From an uncultured Acidobacteriota bacterium (GTDB lineage Bacteria > Acidobacteriota > UBA6911 > RPQK01 > JAPXNP01), in contig CAVZRV010000007.1 in the NCBI GenBank assembly GCA_963777605.1, positions 64,001 to 128,000 of the forward strand: a stretch of DNA of 64,000 bases. The letters are read 5' to 3'. The notes under the pieces are model-generated. The model searched no databases and was not told the origin of the DNA. It saw nothing but the letters and a program-made list of their open reading frames with translations. The stretch's first letter is position 1; the number at the start of each line of letters is the position of its first letter. The translations under genes and the position numbers were made by a program. Below, piece after piece: positions 1 through 9,618 of the stretch.

Positions 1-2
1 GA

Positions 3-2405
3 ACGACCACACTCACGGCCACGCTTGCGGCCGACTCGATCCGGTACCGAGGCGTGCCGCTCGGCACCACGCAGGCCCAGGTGGTCTTGACCGAAAACAG
101 CTTCCAGGTCCGTCAGCTTGAGCTGAAACAGGGGGCCTGGGAACTTTCCGGAGACCTGGATTTCAGTCGTGAACCATTCCAGTTGGAGGCGGTTTCTGCG
201 CAGGCGGAGAAATTTCCGGTCCACCTGCTGAGCGAAGTCGGACTGATCCCGGGGGATGTCGACTTCAAGGGGCTCGTCTCCGGGTCGGCGCGCCTGGCAC
301 TGGGTGGCTCCGACGGCTATTCCGGCCGCGCCCGGGTCAGCCTCACCGATGCAGTGGCCTTCGGAGAGAGCCTGTCTATGGTGTCCGCTCAAATCCAGGC
401 CGCCGGAAAGACGTTCCGAGCGACAGACATCTCCGCCCGGATTTGGGGAACCGAGCTGACCGGGCAAGCGTCGGTCGATCTGGAAGACCAGTCCTTCCAG
501 TTTCGTGTTTCCGGTTCGGGTCTGGAAGTCGGACAGATCAGTGCAGTCCCGGCCAACCTCTCGGCCGACGGAACCTTTCAGATTCAGCTGCAGGGCTCCG
601 GAACGCTGGACAACCCCAAGATCGACCTGTCTCTCCGTTCCGAGGCGATTACAGTCGCGGCAGAACCGTTCAACACAGTTGTCCTTCAGGCTCACTACGA
701 TCCGGAATCGGCCGACCTGAAGGGATCGGCCCGCTACCTGGGCCAGAACCTGCGCCTTCAGGCCTCACTCGACCCGGCAACTCGGGATCACTTCACGGCG
801 GCCCTCGACTTTCCGGAGATCGATTTGGCTCCACTTTTCGATCACTTCCTCGGGGGGACTCTAACCGACTTCCGGGGACAACTCGCAGGCAACGTCCAGG
901 CAGAGGGGAACCTGTCCGACCTGAAGAACGCCTCGGTGAACGGCGAGTTTACTTCTCTCCAACTTTCGGCGAGCGACTACCAGGTCAAATCCCCCGCACC
1001 GTGGAAGCTCCGTTTCAAGGAGCAGCGACTGATTCTCGAGAACGGCAAGCTGAGCGGGCCGGACACCAACCTGAACCTGGGCGGATTCGTCGATCTCGGC
1101 GAATCGCAGCTCAATCTCAAGATCACCGGAACGGCCGACCTGAAGGCGGCAAACGCGTTCCTGAAGGATGGAAGAACGGCCGGAGAGGTTTCCCTTGAAA
1201 TCGACGTCGGGGGGGCGCTGAATAGCCCTCGACTCGTGGGCACGGCCGATCTTTCGCAGGTGGCTCTCACCTATCCGGGCCTGCCGACTTCGATTCGCGA
1301 CGGAAAGGGCCAGATCCGCTTCACGTCGAGCCAGATCTCGATCGAGTCGTTTTCCGCCCAGACCCGGTTTGGCTCGGTCGAAGTCAACGGAGGGCTCTTC
1401 GTTGATGGCCTGGTTCCCACTCGCTGGCAGATCAACATTTCCGGGTACGGGCTGGTGTTGGAGTACCCGGAAGGCTTCAACACGATCCTCGACGGCGATG
1501 TCGACTATCTGAAGGGCGAAGATTCCGAGTTGCTCTCGGGAGCGATCTACGTCCGATCCTCCGAGTACACCAAAGATATTTCGGTGGCCGAACTCATCCT
1601 CTCGCTGAACGAGCCGAACGGTAACGGCTCACCAGCCGGATCGAGCAAGTCAAACATCGCGCTCGACCTCACCGTGGAGGCCTACCACAGCCTGCGCATC
1701 AACAACAACCTTGCCGAAGTCGTTGCCAGTGCCGACTTATCGATTGTGGGCACTACAGCCAATCCGGTGATCCTGGGCAGCCTTACGGTAGATGATGGAA
1801 AACTGAACCTGGAAGGCAATGAATACGAGTTCACTCGAGGCACCGTGAACTTCAGTAATCCCAGGAAGACGACACCCTACTTGAACCTGGAACTGGAAAC
1901 CCAGGTGCGAGAGTACAACATCGGAATTGTCATGCGCGGCTCGATCGACCAGTTCCAGCTGTCGCTCAGATCGGAACCGCCCCTGTCGACAGCCAGTATT
2001 GTCTCGCTTCTCGCCGCCGGGCAGACCGAAGAAGAAATCTTCGGCGTAGAGCCCGGGTCCCAGTCCAAATCGTCTGCGCTGGCGGCATATGGCGCCGGCG
2101 CGCTGCTCGGAAAGACTCTCGGAACAGCAGTGGGAGGACAAGCCAGCCGACTATTCGGAATTGACCGGTTCTCCATCGACCCGTTCATCAGCGACTCCCG
2201 CAGTCGAGACCCGGGAGCGCGGATCACGCTGGGCAAGCAGATCACCAAGGATTTCAATGTCTCCTATATCTCAAGTCTCGCCAACAGCTTTCAGGAGCAG
2301 ACTGTCATCATTCAATACCGCCTGACCGACTGGGTCACCGCCGTTGGAACGAGCCAGACTGACGGGACAGTCGCCGTCGATTTCAAGTTCAGGAAACGAT
2401 TTTAA
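3..2405 (+). CDS. tamB: Translocation/assembly module TamB-like protein (DUF490), 5'-truncated by the window
   Basis: Frame is open from the window edge; repetitive beta-strand sequence; C-terminus TLGKQITKDFNVSY...DFKFRKRF; directly upstream of an Omp85 gene. Confidence 0.85.
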   Translation, partial: TTTLTATLAADSIRYRGVPLGTTQAQVVLTENSFQVRQLELKQGAWELSGDLDFSREPFQLEAVSAQAEKFPVHLLSEVGLIPGDVDFKGLVSGSARLALGGSDGYSGRARVSLTDAVAFGESLSMVSAQIQAAGKTFRATDISARIWGTELTGQASVDLEDQSFQFRVSGSGLEVGQISAVPANLSADGTFQIQLQGSGTLDNPKIDLSLRSEAITVAAEPFNTVVLQAHYDPESADLKGSARYLGQNLRLQASLDPATRDHFTAALDFPEIDLAPLFDHFLGGTLTDFRGQLAGNVQAEGNLSDLKNASVNGEFTSLQLSASDYQVKSPAPWKLRFKEQRLILENGKLSGPDTNLNLGGFVDLGESQLNLKITGTADLKAANAFLKDGRTAGEVSLEIDVGGALNSPRLVGTADLSQVALTYPGLPTSIRDGKGQIRFTSSQISIESFSAQTRFGSVEVNGGLFVDGLVPTRWQINISGYGLVLEYPEGFNTILDGDVDYLKGEDSELLSGAIYVRSSEYTKDISVAELILSLNEPNGNGSPAGSSKSNIALDLTVEAYHSLRINNNLAEVVASADLSIVGTTANPVILGSLTVDDGKLNLEGNEYEFTRGTVNFSNPRKTTPYLNLELETQVREYNIGIVMRGSIDQFQLSLRSEPPLSTASIVSLLAAGQTEEEIFGVEPGSQSKSSALAAYGAGALLGKTLGTAVGGQASRLFGIDRFSIDPFISDSRSRDPGARITLGKQITKDFNVSYISSLANSFQEQTVIIQYRLTDWVTAVGTSQTDGTVAVDFKFRKRF

Positions 2406-2406
2406 C

Positions 2407-5322
2407 GTGGTCCAAACGGCGAGCGAGTCCCCTGACCTCGATCTCAGATTCCCGGAGCGCTTCGCCTCCTGCGGAAGACTGATCCGCACCCTCCTGCTCC
2501 TGCAACTGTTTGCCTTTCCCGTGCTGGCCGCACGTCCGGATTACCGCGGCCTGGAGATTGCCGGCTTGAGCTACGTGGCCGACGGTCCGGTCCTGAAGCT
2601 CTCCCTGGATGATCTGAACAAGCTGATCGCCCTGCGGCCCGGCGAGCCTTTTCTGGAAACCAACGCTCACCGGACCGTCACCGGATTACTGGCGACGGAG
2701 CTGTTCTGGGATGTCCAGGTCACAGTCGAACCGGCCCCGGAAGGGAAAGTCAGCGTCGTCATTCGCCTAATTCGGCGGTACACGGTCGGGCGAATCCAAT
2801 TCGAGGGGGAAACGCGGCTTTCCTCGAGCGGACTGCGCCGCGAGTTGGCGTTTCGCGAGGCGGAACCCTACACTGATTCGGGGCTGGAAGAAACCGTGAC
2901 CCGGCTCAAGAGCCGCTACCGGAACGAGGGCTACTATCAGCCTCGGATCGACCCGCAATTTGAACGTGATGTCGAGAACGCGAGGGTTTTTGTAACCTTT
3001 CAAATCAAGGCCGGAGAGCAGGCCGTGCTGCGCAGCCTCCAGCTTGAGACCGAAGGAGGGATCGATCACTCTGCAGTTTTCCAACTGCTGAGTTTGGCCG
3101 AGGGAGAGCGCTTTTCCCAGCAAAATCTCGATGCCGACATTGAGAAGATACGGCACTGGCTTTCACTCAGGGGGTACTTTCACCCCGAGATTTATGCCGT
3201 CAACGGGCTCCAGTATGACGATTCGGCCAACCGCGTCGACCTCCAGCTGCGCGTGGTCCCTCGCCGACAAACTGTGGTTGAGTTCCACGGCATCTCGTTG
3301 ACGGACGATCAACTCGACGACCTCCCGCTCTACAGCCAGTCGGCGCTCCAACGGATTCCCGTCGATGAGACGGTCTCCCAACTGAGAGTAGGGTTCCAGC
3401 AGGAAGGGTACTTCCAGGCGCGTGTCGACGCCAAGGAGGAAGGGGACGAGTTTCCGCCCGAAAAGATCGTCTTCACGATCGATCGTGGTCGAAAATATGA
3501 TCTGGCAGCGATCCGTTTCACAGGAAACCAGGCGATTTCCTCCGAGCGGCTTCACCGGGTCCTGACCACCACCGAGGCCGGCCTGATCGAGCGGGGACAT
3601 TTGACCGACAAGACGATCGCCAGCGACATCGACAATATCCAGTTTCTCTACACTCAGAACGGGTACCTCGACGCTTCGATCGAAACCCGGTTCAGCGAAG
3701 ACGATGAGAACCTCACCCTCGAGTACCACATTACTGAGGGCTCCCATCGCACCATTGGGAAACTCGAACTCGCAGGCAACAACAAGCTCTCCGACAAGAT
3801 CCTGCTTCGAGACACGATACTCCGGGCGGGAGAACCCTTTTCCCCCTATGCCCTGGCATCGGATCGCTCGATCATTCTCTCGGCCTATGAGAACCGCGGC
3901 TATCGGAATGCAACTCTGGATTCGGCTGTGGTCGAAAACCCCGACGCGACCGTCGACATCAAGTACCAGATCTCGGAAGGGGACCAGTACTTCGTTAAGT
4001 CGATTCTGGTCGCCGGCAATCTCACCACGAATCGCAGCGTGATCACGAGGGAAGTCGAACTCAAGCCGGGGCAACCGCTCTCGCTCGAAGGCGCATTACG
4101 TTCCGAAACCAACCTGTACGAACTGGCTGTTTTCAACCGGGTGCGGGTCAGGGACCTGCAGGTAGACGATCAGGATCGTGAACAGCCCGTCCTCATCAAG
4201 GTGGACGAGGCCAAGCGTTACTATCTCACTTACGGATTTGGGTACAGTCACACCTTCGGAAGTACGGCGTCGGAAGGTGCCCGAGGGACTCTTGGCATCA
4301 CTGACAGTAACTTCCTGGGACGCGCGCGGACCCTTTCACTGAATGTTCGTGCCGGTTCGACCCGTCAGCGCGGAACTCTCTCCTATGCCCTCCCCCGCCT
4401 CTACAGTTACGAACTTCCAACCCTGTTCTCTTTCTCAATCGACAATGAGAATCGGATCGATACCCGCCAGGACAAGATCCTTGTCAGTGGACGTCCATAC
4501 GACGCCTTCCGCATAAGCGCCTCGTCTCAGGTCAGAAAGATCCTGAGCCGGCGCGAGAACTTGATTGGACGGTGGGATTTTGAACGGGTCAATCTGACAG
4601 TTCCGAATGATCCAAGTCTGCCGCCTGAGTTCTTTCGAGAGGAAGATAACCTGCTCCTGTCCAAGCTGAACTTGTCCTACCTGAATGATTCCCGCGATTC
4701 GGCGTTGAATCCGACACGCGGGTTCTTCCTGAACGGCGAGGCCGCAGTAGCCGCCAGGATGCTCGGCTCAGAACGCCAGTTCTTCAAACTGCTGACCCAG
4801 GGCCGCTACTACTTTCCACTTTTCAGCGACGTCACGCTGGTATCGGCACTGCGACTTGGGGCCATCGTTCCGGTCGGGTCTCCCCCACCTGGCGTGGAAA
4901 GAGAAGTCCCCATCAGCGAGCGATTCTTTGCCGGGGGGCCTGGCGCCCTGAGAGGGTTGCCGCTGGACCTTGCCGGCCCGCTGCTTCGCGACTCTCAAAC
5001 AGGCGAAGTCATCCTCGTCGGCCCCACCGACAAGCAGGTCCCCGTGGCACTGGGAGGGGATGCATTGATCGTGGGAAACCTGGAACTGAGGTTTCCCGTC
5101 TACGGGATCTTTTCGAGCGTCCTCTTTTACGACGTCGGGAACGTGTTTGAGAGCATTTGCACAATCCCAAAGGAGCAGTTCAGCAATGATTTTGGCATTG
5201 GCGTAGCGATACGGAGTCCTATCGGCCCCGTTCGAATCGACTTCGCCTACAACCCGTCACCCCCTGATCTACCAGGCTACCGGACATGGAATATCCATCT
5301 CAATATCGGGCACCCTTTCTAG
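2407..5322 (+). CDS. Omp85 (TamA/BamA-family) outer membrane protein with multiple POTRA domains
   Basis: Repeated POTRA motifs (YRNEGY, YTQNGY, YENRGY); loop ERFFAGG..LRG; C-terminal SPIGPVRIDFA...IGHPF; start at GTG 2407 is inferred. Confidence 0.9.
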   Translation: MVQTASESPDLDLRFPERFASCGRLIRTLLLLQLFAFPVLAARPDYRGLEIAGLSYVADGPVLKLSLDDLNKLIALRPGEPFLETNAHRTVTGLLATELFWDVQVTVEPAPEGKVSVVIRLIRRYTVGRIQFEGETRLSSSGLRRELAFREAEPYTDSGLEETVTRLKSRYRNEGYYQPRIDPQFERDVENARVFVTFQIKAGEQAVLRSLQLETEGGIDHSAVFQLLSLAEGERFSQQNLDADIEKIRHWLSLRGYFHPEIYAVNGLQYDDSANRVDLQLRVVPRRQTVVEFHGISLTDDQLDDLPLYSQSALQRIPVDETVSQLRVGFQQEGYFQARVDAKEEGDEFPPEKIVFTIDRGRKYDLAAIRFTGNQAISSERLHRVLTTTEAGLIERGHLTDKTIASDIDNIQFLYTQNGYLDASIETRFSEDDENLTLEYHITEGSHRTIGKLELAGNNKLSDKILLRDTILRAGEPFSPYALASDRSIILSAYENRGYRNATLDSAVVENPDATVDIKYQISEGDQYFVKSILVAGNLTTNRSVITREVELKPGQPLSLEGALRSETNLYELAVFNRVRVRDLQVDDQDREQPVLIKVDEAKRYYLTYGFGYSHTFGSTASEGARGTLGITDSNFLGRARTLSLNVRAGSTRQRGTLSYALPRLYSYELPTLFSFSIDNENRIDTRQDKILVSGRPYDAFRISASSQVRKILSRRENLIGRWDFERVNLTVPNDPSLPPEFFREEDNLLLSKLNLSYLNDSRDSALNPTRGFFLNGEAAVAARMLGSERQFFKLLTQGRYYFPLFSDVTLVSALRLGAIVPVGSPPPGVEREVPISERFFAGGPGALRGLPLDLAGPLLRDSQTGEVILVGPTDKQVPVALGGDALIVGNLELRFPVYGIFSSVLFYDVGNVFESICTIPKEQFSNDFGIGVAIRSPIGPVRIDFAYNPSPPDLPGYRTWNIHLNIGHPF

Positions 5323-6044
5323 TCTGCGTTGTTCTTCTGCTTGTTGCGGTGGTCTCGCCGGCACGAGGTGAAATCGTCGATCGTGTGATCGCCGAAGTGG
5401 ACGCGCAGATCATAACCTTGACCGACCTCCACTGGTTCATTCGCTGGCGCAGCTTCCAGGTCCCGGAAACCGAACCGGAGCGGGACTCTTTCCTCAGGGA
5501 GATCCTCTCCCAGTTGATCAATCAGCGACTCGTAGTCAAAGAAAGTGGTAAGACGCCATTTGCCGCAGCCTCCCAGGCCGAGGTCGACGAGTTCTTCAGC
5601 CGGTATCTACAGCAGTTTCCCACGCAGCAGGACTTCCAGTCTCGTCTCAAAGAACTGGGAATGAGCGAATCAGACGTGCGCACGATCATTCGCCGGCAGA
5701 TCGCGGTGAACAAGTTCATCCAGTATCGCTTCGAACCGTTCGTGATCGTGCTTCCGGACGACATCCAGGAGTACTACAACAAGGAATTCGTTCCTGAACT
5801 CGAACAAGAAGGAAATCCGATCCCGCCACTCTCGCTGGTCCAGGAGACGATCCGGCAAATCCTGTCCGTGCGGAGAACCAACGATCGGCTGGAAACCTGG
5901 CTCCAGGGTGCCCGCTCCAGAGCTCAGATTCGAGACATGCTCTTCCGCAAACCGCTCGACATGCCCAATCTTCCATCCCAGTTTCGGGACCAGATAGAGA
6001 TGACCGACGAACCGTTCACCAAGCCTCCTTCGCCGAATCGATAA
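5286..6044 (+). CDS. SurA N-terminal-domain periplasmic chaperone-like protein
   Basis: Signal peptide followed by EIVDRVIAEVDAQIITLTDL, typical of the SurA N-terminus; start uncertain. Confidence 0.75.
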   Translation: MEYPSQYRAPFLVCVVLLLVAVVSPARGEIVDRVIAEVDAQIITLTDLHWFIRWRSFQVPETEPERDSFLREILSQLINQRLVVKESGKTPFAAASQAEVDEFFSRYLQQFPTQQDFQSRLKELGMSESDVRTIIRRQIAVNKFIQYRFEPFVIVLPDDIQEYYNKEFVPELEQEGNPIPPLSLVQETIRQILSVRRTNDRLETWLQGARSRAQIRDMLFRKPLDMPNLPSQFRDQIEMTDEPFTKPPSPNR

Positions 6045-6468
6045 TCAGAGTCACCGGCCCGTCGTTTACGAGTTCAACCTTCATCATGGTTTGGAATCGA
6101 CCTGTCGCGACATCAATCCCTTCGGCAGCGATTTCCCGCGCCAGTGCCTCGTACAGTACTTCAGCCAGGTCGGGCCCGGCGGAACGGGAATAGCTTGGGC
6201 GGTTCCCCTTTCGGCAGTCCCCGTACAAGGTGAACTGGGAAACCAGCAGAATCGCCCCGCCCGCCTCCTTGACCGAAAGGTTCATCTTTCCGGATGAGTC
6301 GTTGAAGACTCGGAGGTTCACGACCTTCTTCTTCATGAACGCAAGGTCACCAGGTCCGTCGTCGGAATGGACAGCGACCAGGACGACCAACCCCTTTCCG
6401 ATTGATCCCACCGTTTCTCCCGCCACTGTGACCCGGGCTCGATCGACCCGCTGCACGACCGCTCTCAT
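6016..6468 (-). CDS. dtd: D-aminoacyl-tRNA deacylase
   Basis: MRAVVQRV start; SQFTL and NDGPVT motifs. Confidence 0.95.
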   Translation of the reverse strand: MRAVVQRVDRARVTVAGETVGSIGKGLVVLVAVHSDDGPGDLAFMKKKVVNLRVFNDSSGKMNLSVKEAGGAILLVSQFTLYGDCRKGNRPSYSRSAGPDLAEVLYEALAREIAAEGIDVATGRFQTMMKVELVNDGPVTLIIDSAKEAW

Positions 6469-6496
6469 GACCTCTCCAGGATCCCGTCGTCTCTTC

Positions 6497-6570
6497 TTCA
6501 CCTTATCTTCACTTTTCCCCTTGACATTTCACCTTTATTTCACCATCATAAGGCCCAATAAAGGATTCAC
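6497..6570 (+). promoter_or_regulatory. lexA sigma70 promoter with overlapping TTCAC direct repeats (putative operator)
   Basis: TTGACA 6521-6526, 17-bp spacer, CATCAT 6544-6549; TTCAC at 6497, 6508, 6528, 6539 and 6566. Confidence 0.6.
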
Positions 6571-6575
6571 TCATT

Positions 6576-7175
6576 ATGCCACTCACGAAAAGACAGAAAG
6601 AGATCCTGGGTTTCATCGAGGATTACCTCCAGAACTACGGGTACTCTCCGACTCTTGATGAGATCGGCCACAACTTCCAGATCGCTTCCTTGAATGCCGT
6701 CTACAAACATCTTCGTGTACTCGAGGAACGTGGATTCATCCGCCGCCGCACGAATCAGGCGCGATCCATACAGTTGGTCCAGCAGGAACTTGGGGAGCAG
6801 CGCCACGTTCCGCTGCTCGGCAAGATTGCAGCCGGCTATCCCATCGAAGCGATCGCCTCACCCGATGAGATCCTCGTGCCGGAGGCCCTATTGACAGGTG
6901 ACCGGAACTACGTGCTGCAGGTCGAGGGCGACTCCATGATTGACGAGCACATCCAGGATGGCGATTTGATCATCGTGGAGCAGCGCGATCGGGCGAAGGA
7001 TGGAGAGACTGTCGTTGCCCTGATCGACGGCGACCGCGCCACTTTGAAGAAACTCTACAGGGAGGGCGACAGCGTGCGATTGCAGCCCGCCAACCCTTCA
7101 CTCGACCCCATTTTCGTCGCCCCCGATCGACTCCAGATCCAGGGCGTCGTCGTCGGACTGATGCGGAAATACTGA
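6576..7175 (+). CDS. lexA: SOS repressor LexA
   Basis: LTKRQKEIL wHTH; AAG cleavage site; GDSM Ser and TLKK Lys catalytic dyad. Confidence 0.96.
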   Translation: MPLTKRQKEILGFIEDYLQNYGYSPTLDEIGHNFQIASLNAVYKHLRVLEERGFIRRRTNQARSIQLVQQELGEQRHVPLLGKIAAGYPIEAIASPDEILVPEALLTGDRNYVLQVEGDSMIDEHIQDGDLIIVEQRDRAKDGETVVALIDGDRATLKKLYREGDSVRLQPANPSLDPIFVAPDRLQIQGVVVGLMRKY

Positions 7176-7179
7176 GGAG

Positions 7180-7356
7180 ATGAAAACGATGCAGTATCAG
7201 ATAAGAGTTGCCGGAAAAGTCTTTGAAGGAACGGATCACCGAAATCTGCTGAAGCGGGCAGTCGAAGCCAAGAAGCAGGCGATGCGCAATGCGGCGTACA
7301 ACGTTCAGTACCGCTCGCTGCTCAAAACATCGACCGAGGCAACTGCCGGAGCCTGA
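7180..7356 (+). CDS. Small basic protein of 58 aa, absent from the ORF track
   Basis: GAGGAG RBS overlaps the lexA stop; translates as MKTMQYQIRVAGKVFEGTDHRNLLKRAVEAKKQAMRNAAYNVQYRSLLKTSTEATAGA. Confidence 0.6.
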   Translation: MKTMQYQIRVAGKVFEGTDHRNLLKRAVEAKKQAMRNAAYNVQYRSLLKTSTEATAGA

Positions 7357-7402
7357 AGCACAGAATCTGTGCAATTCGCAGCGGACCGAGGCCCGGCGGG
7401 CC

Positions 7403-7447
7403 CTTGGATAACTTTTCCACGGCGTTATTCACAACAGCGGTGGAAAC
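7403..7447. promoter_or_regulatory. Cluster of DnaA-box-like 9-mers
   Basis: TTATTCACA 7425-7433 (perfect TTWTNCACA), TTTTCCACG 7413-7421, reverse TTATCCAAG 7403-7411, reverse GTTTCCACC 7439-7447. Confidence 0.45.
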
Positions 7448-7496
7448 TCCAAAGGCCTTTCCGAAGCCCCCGAATTTGAACTCTAAAACGCTGATT

Positions 7497-8309
7497 TCAA
7501 AGGCGGATCGACTCTTCTGAAGATCGGTCCTTCGATTCGAACTTCACGTTCAGGTTCAGTTTCTGGCCCTTTCTCAATACTTCGAGCCTGGCCTCGGCTC
7601 CGGACAGCGCCCGGGTCAACTCCTGAGGGTCGTTGACCTTCTTGCCGTCAACTGAAACGATCACATCCCCGGCCTTCAGTCCTGCCTTCTCTCCTGGCGA
7701 GCCGGGCTGGACTTCCAGGACCAGCACGCCGGTGTGGCCGGAAATTCCGAGGAAATCGGCCATCTGGTCAGTCAAGGGCGCGACGTTGATTCCCAACTTC
7801 GGCTTGCCGGGTGCAATGATGATGTCCTGGTCCGATCGACCATGGAATTCGGGAAGATTCGGCCCGCGGAAGCTGAACCCCCTTTCCGGACGAGCCCTCC
7901 AGGTCGGCCCTGGTCGAGCCCCGACCTGGACCACGAGATCGAGCGACTTGCCGGAACGCCATACCGTGATCGGCACTTTCCGAGCCGGCGGAGTGTCGGC
8001 CACCAGGCGCTGAAACTGGCTGGCGCTGAATACCGGAATCCCGGCATAGTTCAGGATCACGTCGCCATCCTGAATTCCGCCCTCGCTGGCCGGTGAATTC
8101 TCACCCACCCTTTCGGCAATTACGCCGCTTTCTTCCTTAAGGCCGAGACGCGTCACGTCATCGACCGTGACATCACGGAGGTAAACCCCGAGATAGCCCC
8201 CCGATCCCTGCCCGAGTTGCATCCCCAATGACTGGGTGGCGGGCTGCCCATTGACGGGAATAACGAATGCTGCAAGACCAATAATCACAAGAAGGAGTGC
8301 ATGTTTCAT
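7497..8309 (-). CDS. Secreted tandem-PDZ protein without a protease domain
   Basis: Signal peptide; two DegP-like PDZ domains (GYLGV...SPA..GI..GDVI and KLGI...SPGEKAGLKAGDVI). Confidence 0.85.
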   Translation of the reverse strand: MKHALLLVIIGLAAFVIPVNGQPATQSLGMQLGQGSGGYLGVYLRDVTVDDVTRLGLKEESGVIAERVGENSPASEGGIQDGDVILNYAGIPVFSASQFQRLVADTPPARKVPITVWRSGKSLDLVVQVGARPGPTWRARPERGFSFRGPNLPEFHGRSDQDIIIAPGKPKLGINVAPLTDQMADFLGISGHTGVLVLEVQPGSPGEKAGLKAGDVIVSVDGKKVNDPQELTRALSGAEARLEVLRKGQKLNLNVKFESKDRSSEESIRL

Positions 8310-8333
8310 CGTTTTGCTCCTTTACCTCTTCTT

Positions 8334-8361
8334 TACACGTCGAAATTTGCCCTGTAGTTCC
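8334..8361 (-). promoter_or_regulatory. Putative ECF-sigma promoter of the PDZ gene
   Basis: Minus strand reads GGAACT-N16-CGTGTA just upstream of the RBS. Confidence 0.45.
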
Positions 8362-8480
8362 CCCGAATCGGTTCATCGGGTCGGGAAGGTTCTGATATCC
8401 TGATGAGGCGTCGGCGATTAGCCGATATGCTTGCAACTTTTGCTGAACGTAACAATCCAAATACTTGAGCAAGATTTAGA

Positions 8481-9122
8481 GTGCCGACCCGAAATACTGG
8501 GGCCGCCAATAAAAAGGATTCGACTTTATCGAGCGGGGAGATTGCCGCCCTGGTCGAAGGCGCCCAGCGTGGTGATATCGATGACTTTCAGCGACTGTAT
8601 CGAATATACAGCAGGAAGATCTTGAATTATCTGTACCGCATGACCGGATCCAGGGAAGAGGCTGAGGATCTGGCCCAGGAGACTTTCGTTCTAGCCTATC
8701 GGAAGATTGCAACCGTGAAAGACCCCAGACGCTTCCAGAGTTGGCTCTTTCGTATTGCCCAGAACAATGTCTACCAGCGTTATCGGGGGAAGAAACCCCA
8801 GTTCGAATCGATCGATCGGGAGGAATCGTCCGAGCTTTCCGGGCTCCAGGGGCTCGAATCTCCCCTTAACAGCCCGGAAGAGAACATCCTGTCCGAGGAA
8901 CTGGAAGACATGGTGACCCGGGCGATCAGCGAACTGCCTGAAAAATACCGCACGGTCTTTGTTCTTTCGGCCATCCAGAAACTCAGCTACCAGGAAATCA
9001 GCGAGATTGTGAATCGATCTCTGGCGTCGGTGAAATCCGACATTCACCGGGCCCGAGTGGCGGTCAGAGACAAGGTAAAAGGTTACTTGGGGGACAGCTA
9101 TGGAATGTCAAAGTTGCAGTAA
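8481..9122 (+). CDS. ECF sigma-70 factor
   Basis: AEDLAQETF and SWLFRIAQN in region 2; SYQEISE...VKSDIHRAR in region 4. Confidence 0.93.
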   Translation: MPTRNTGAANKKDSTLSSGEIAALVEGAQRGDIDDFQRLYRIYSRKILNYLYRMTGSREEAEDLAQETFVLAYRKIATVKDPRRFQSWLFRIAQNNVYQRYRGKKPQFESIDREESSELSGLQGLESPLNSPEENILSEELEDMVTRAISELPEKYRTVFVLSAIQKLSYQEISEIVNRSLASVKSDIHRARVAVRDKVKGYLGDSYGMSKLQ

Positions 9123-9618
9123 AGCTTTGACTGCCCTTATCGACGGGGAACTTGACAGCGAAAAAAGCCGGGACATTCGGGAGCACTTGTCAATCTGTTC
9201 CCCGTGCCAGTCAGAACATGATTCCCTGTTCGAGTCGCTGCAGATGGTCGAAGGGCTCCCCTCCCTCGAACCTGAGGACCGACTCTGGGCTCGGATCAAT
9301 TCAGATATTGCAGCCCTCCCAATCCCGCGGAATTGGGTCCAGTCCTTCCTGGACCCGCTTTTTGCCCGGCGATGGGTTCCCGTTTCCGCCTTCGGCGCCG
9401 TTCTGATCCTGGTCATGGTCATAGTCCTCTGGAAGCCGGCCGACCCGGTTCAGGACCAATTCTCCCAGTTCATGCAGCACAGGGAAGCAATTTACAACCA
9501 GCAGCGCGAGATTCTATTCAACCCGGACGAAGTCTTTCGAGACCGGGTAGCTCGAAATCCTTTTGCCCAGCGGGTCAGTGTCGCTGACCCGAACCCGTTC
9601 AGGAGTGAAGTGCGATGA
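9100..9618 (+). CDS. zf-HC2 transmembrane anti-sigma factor
   Basis: DGEL...HLSICSPC (HxxxCxxC); single TM segment; overlaps the sigma gene. Confidence 0.88.
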   Translation: MECQSCSKALTALIDGELDSEKSRDIREHLSICSPCQSEHDSLFESLQMVEGLPSLEPEDRLWARINSDIAALPIPRNWVQSFLDPLFARRWVPVSAFGAVLILVMVIVLWKPADPVQDQFSQFMQHREAIYNQQREILFNPDEVFRDRVARNPFAQRVSVADPNPFRSEVR

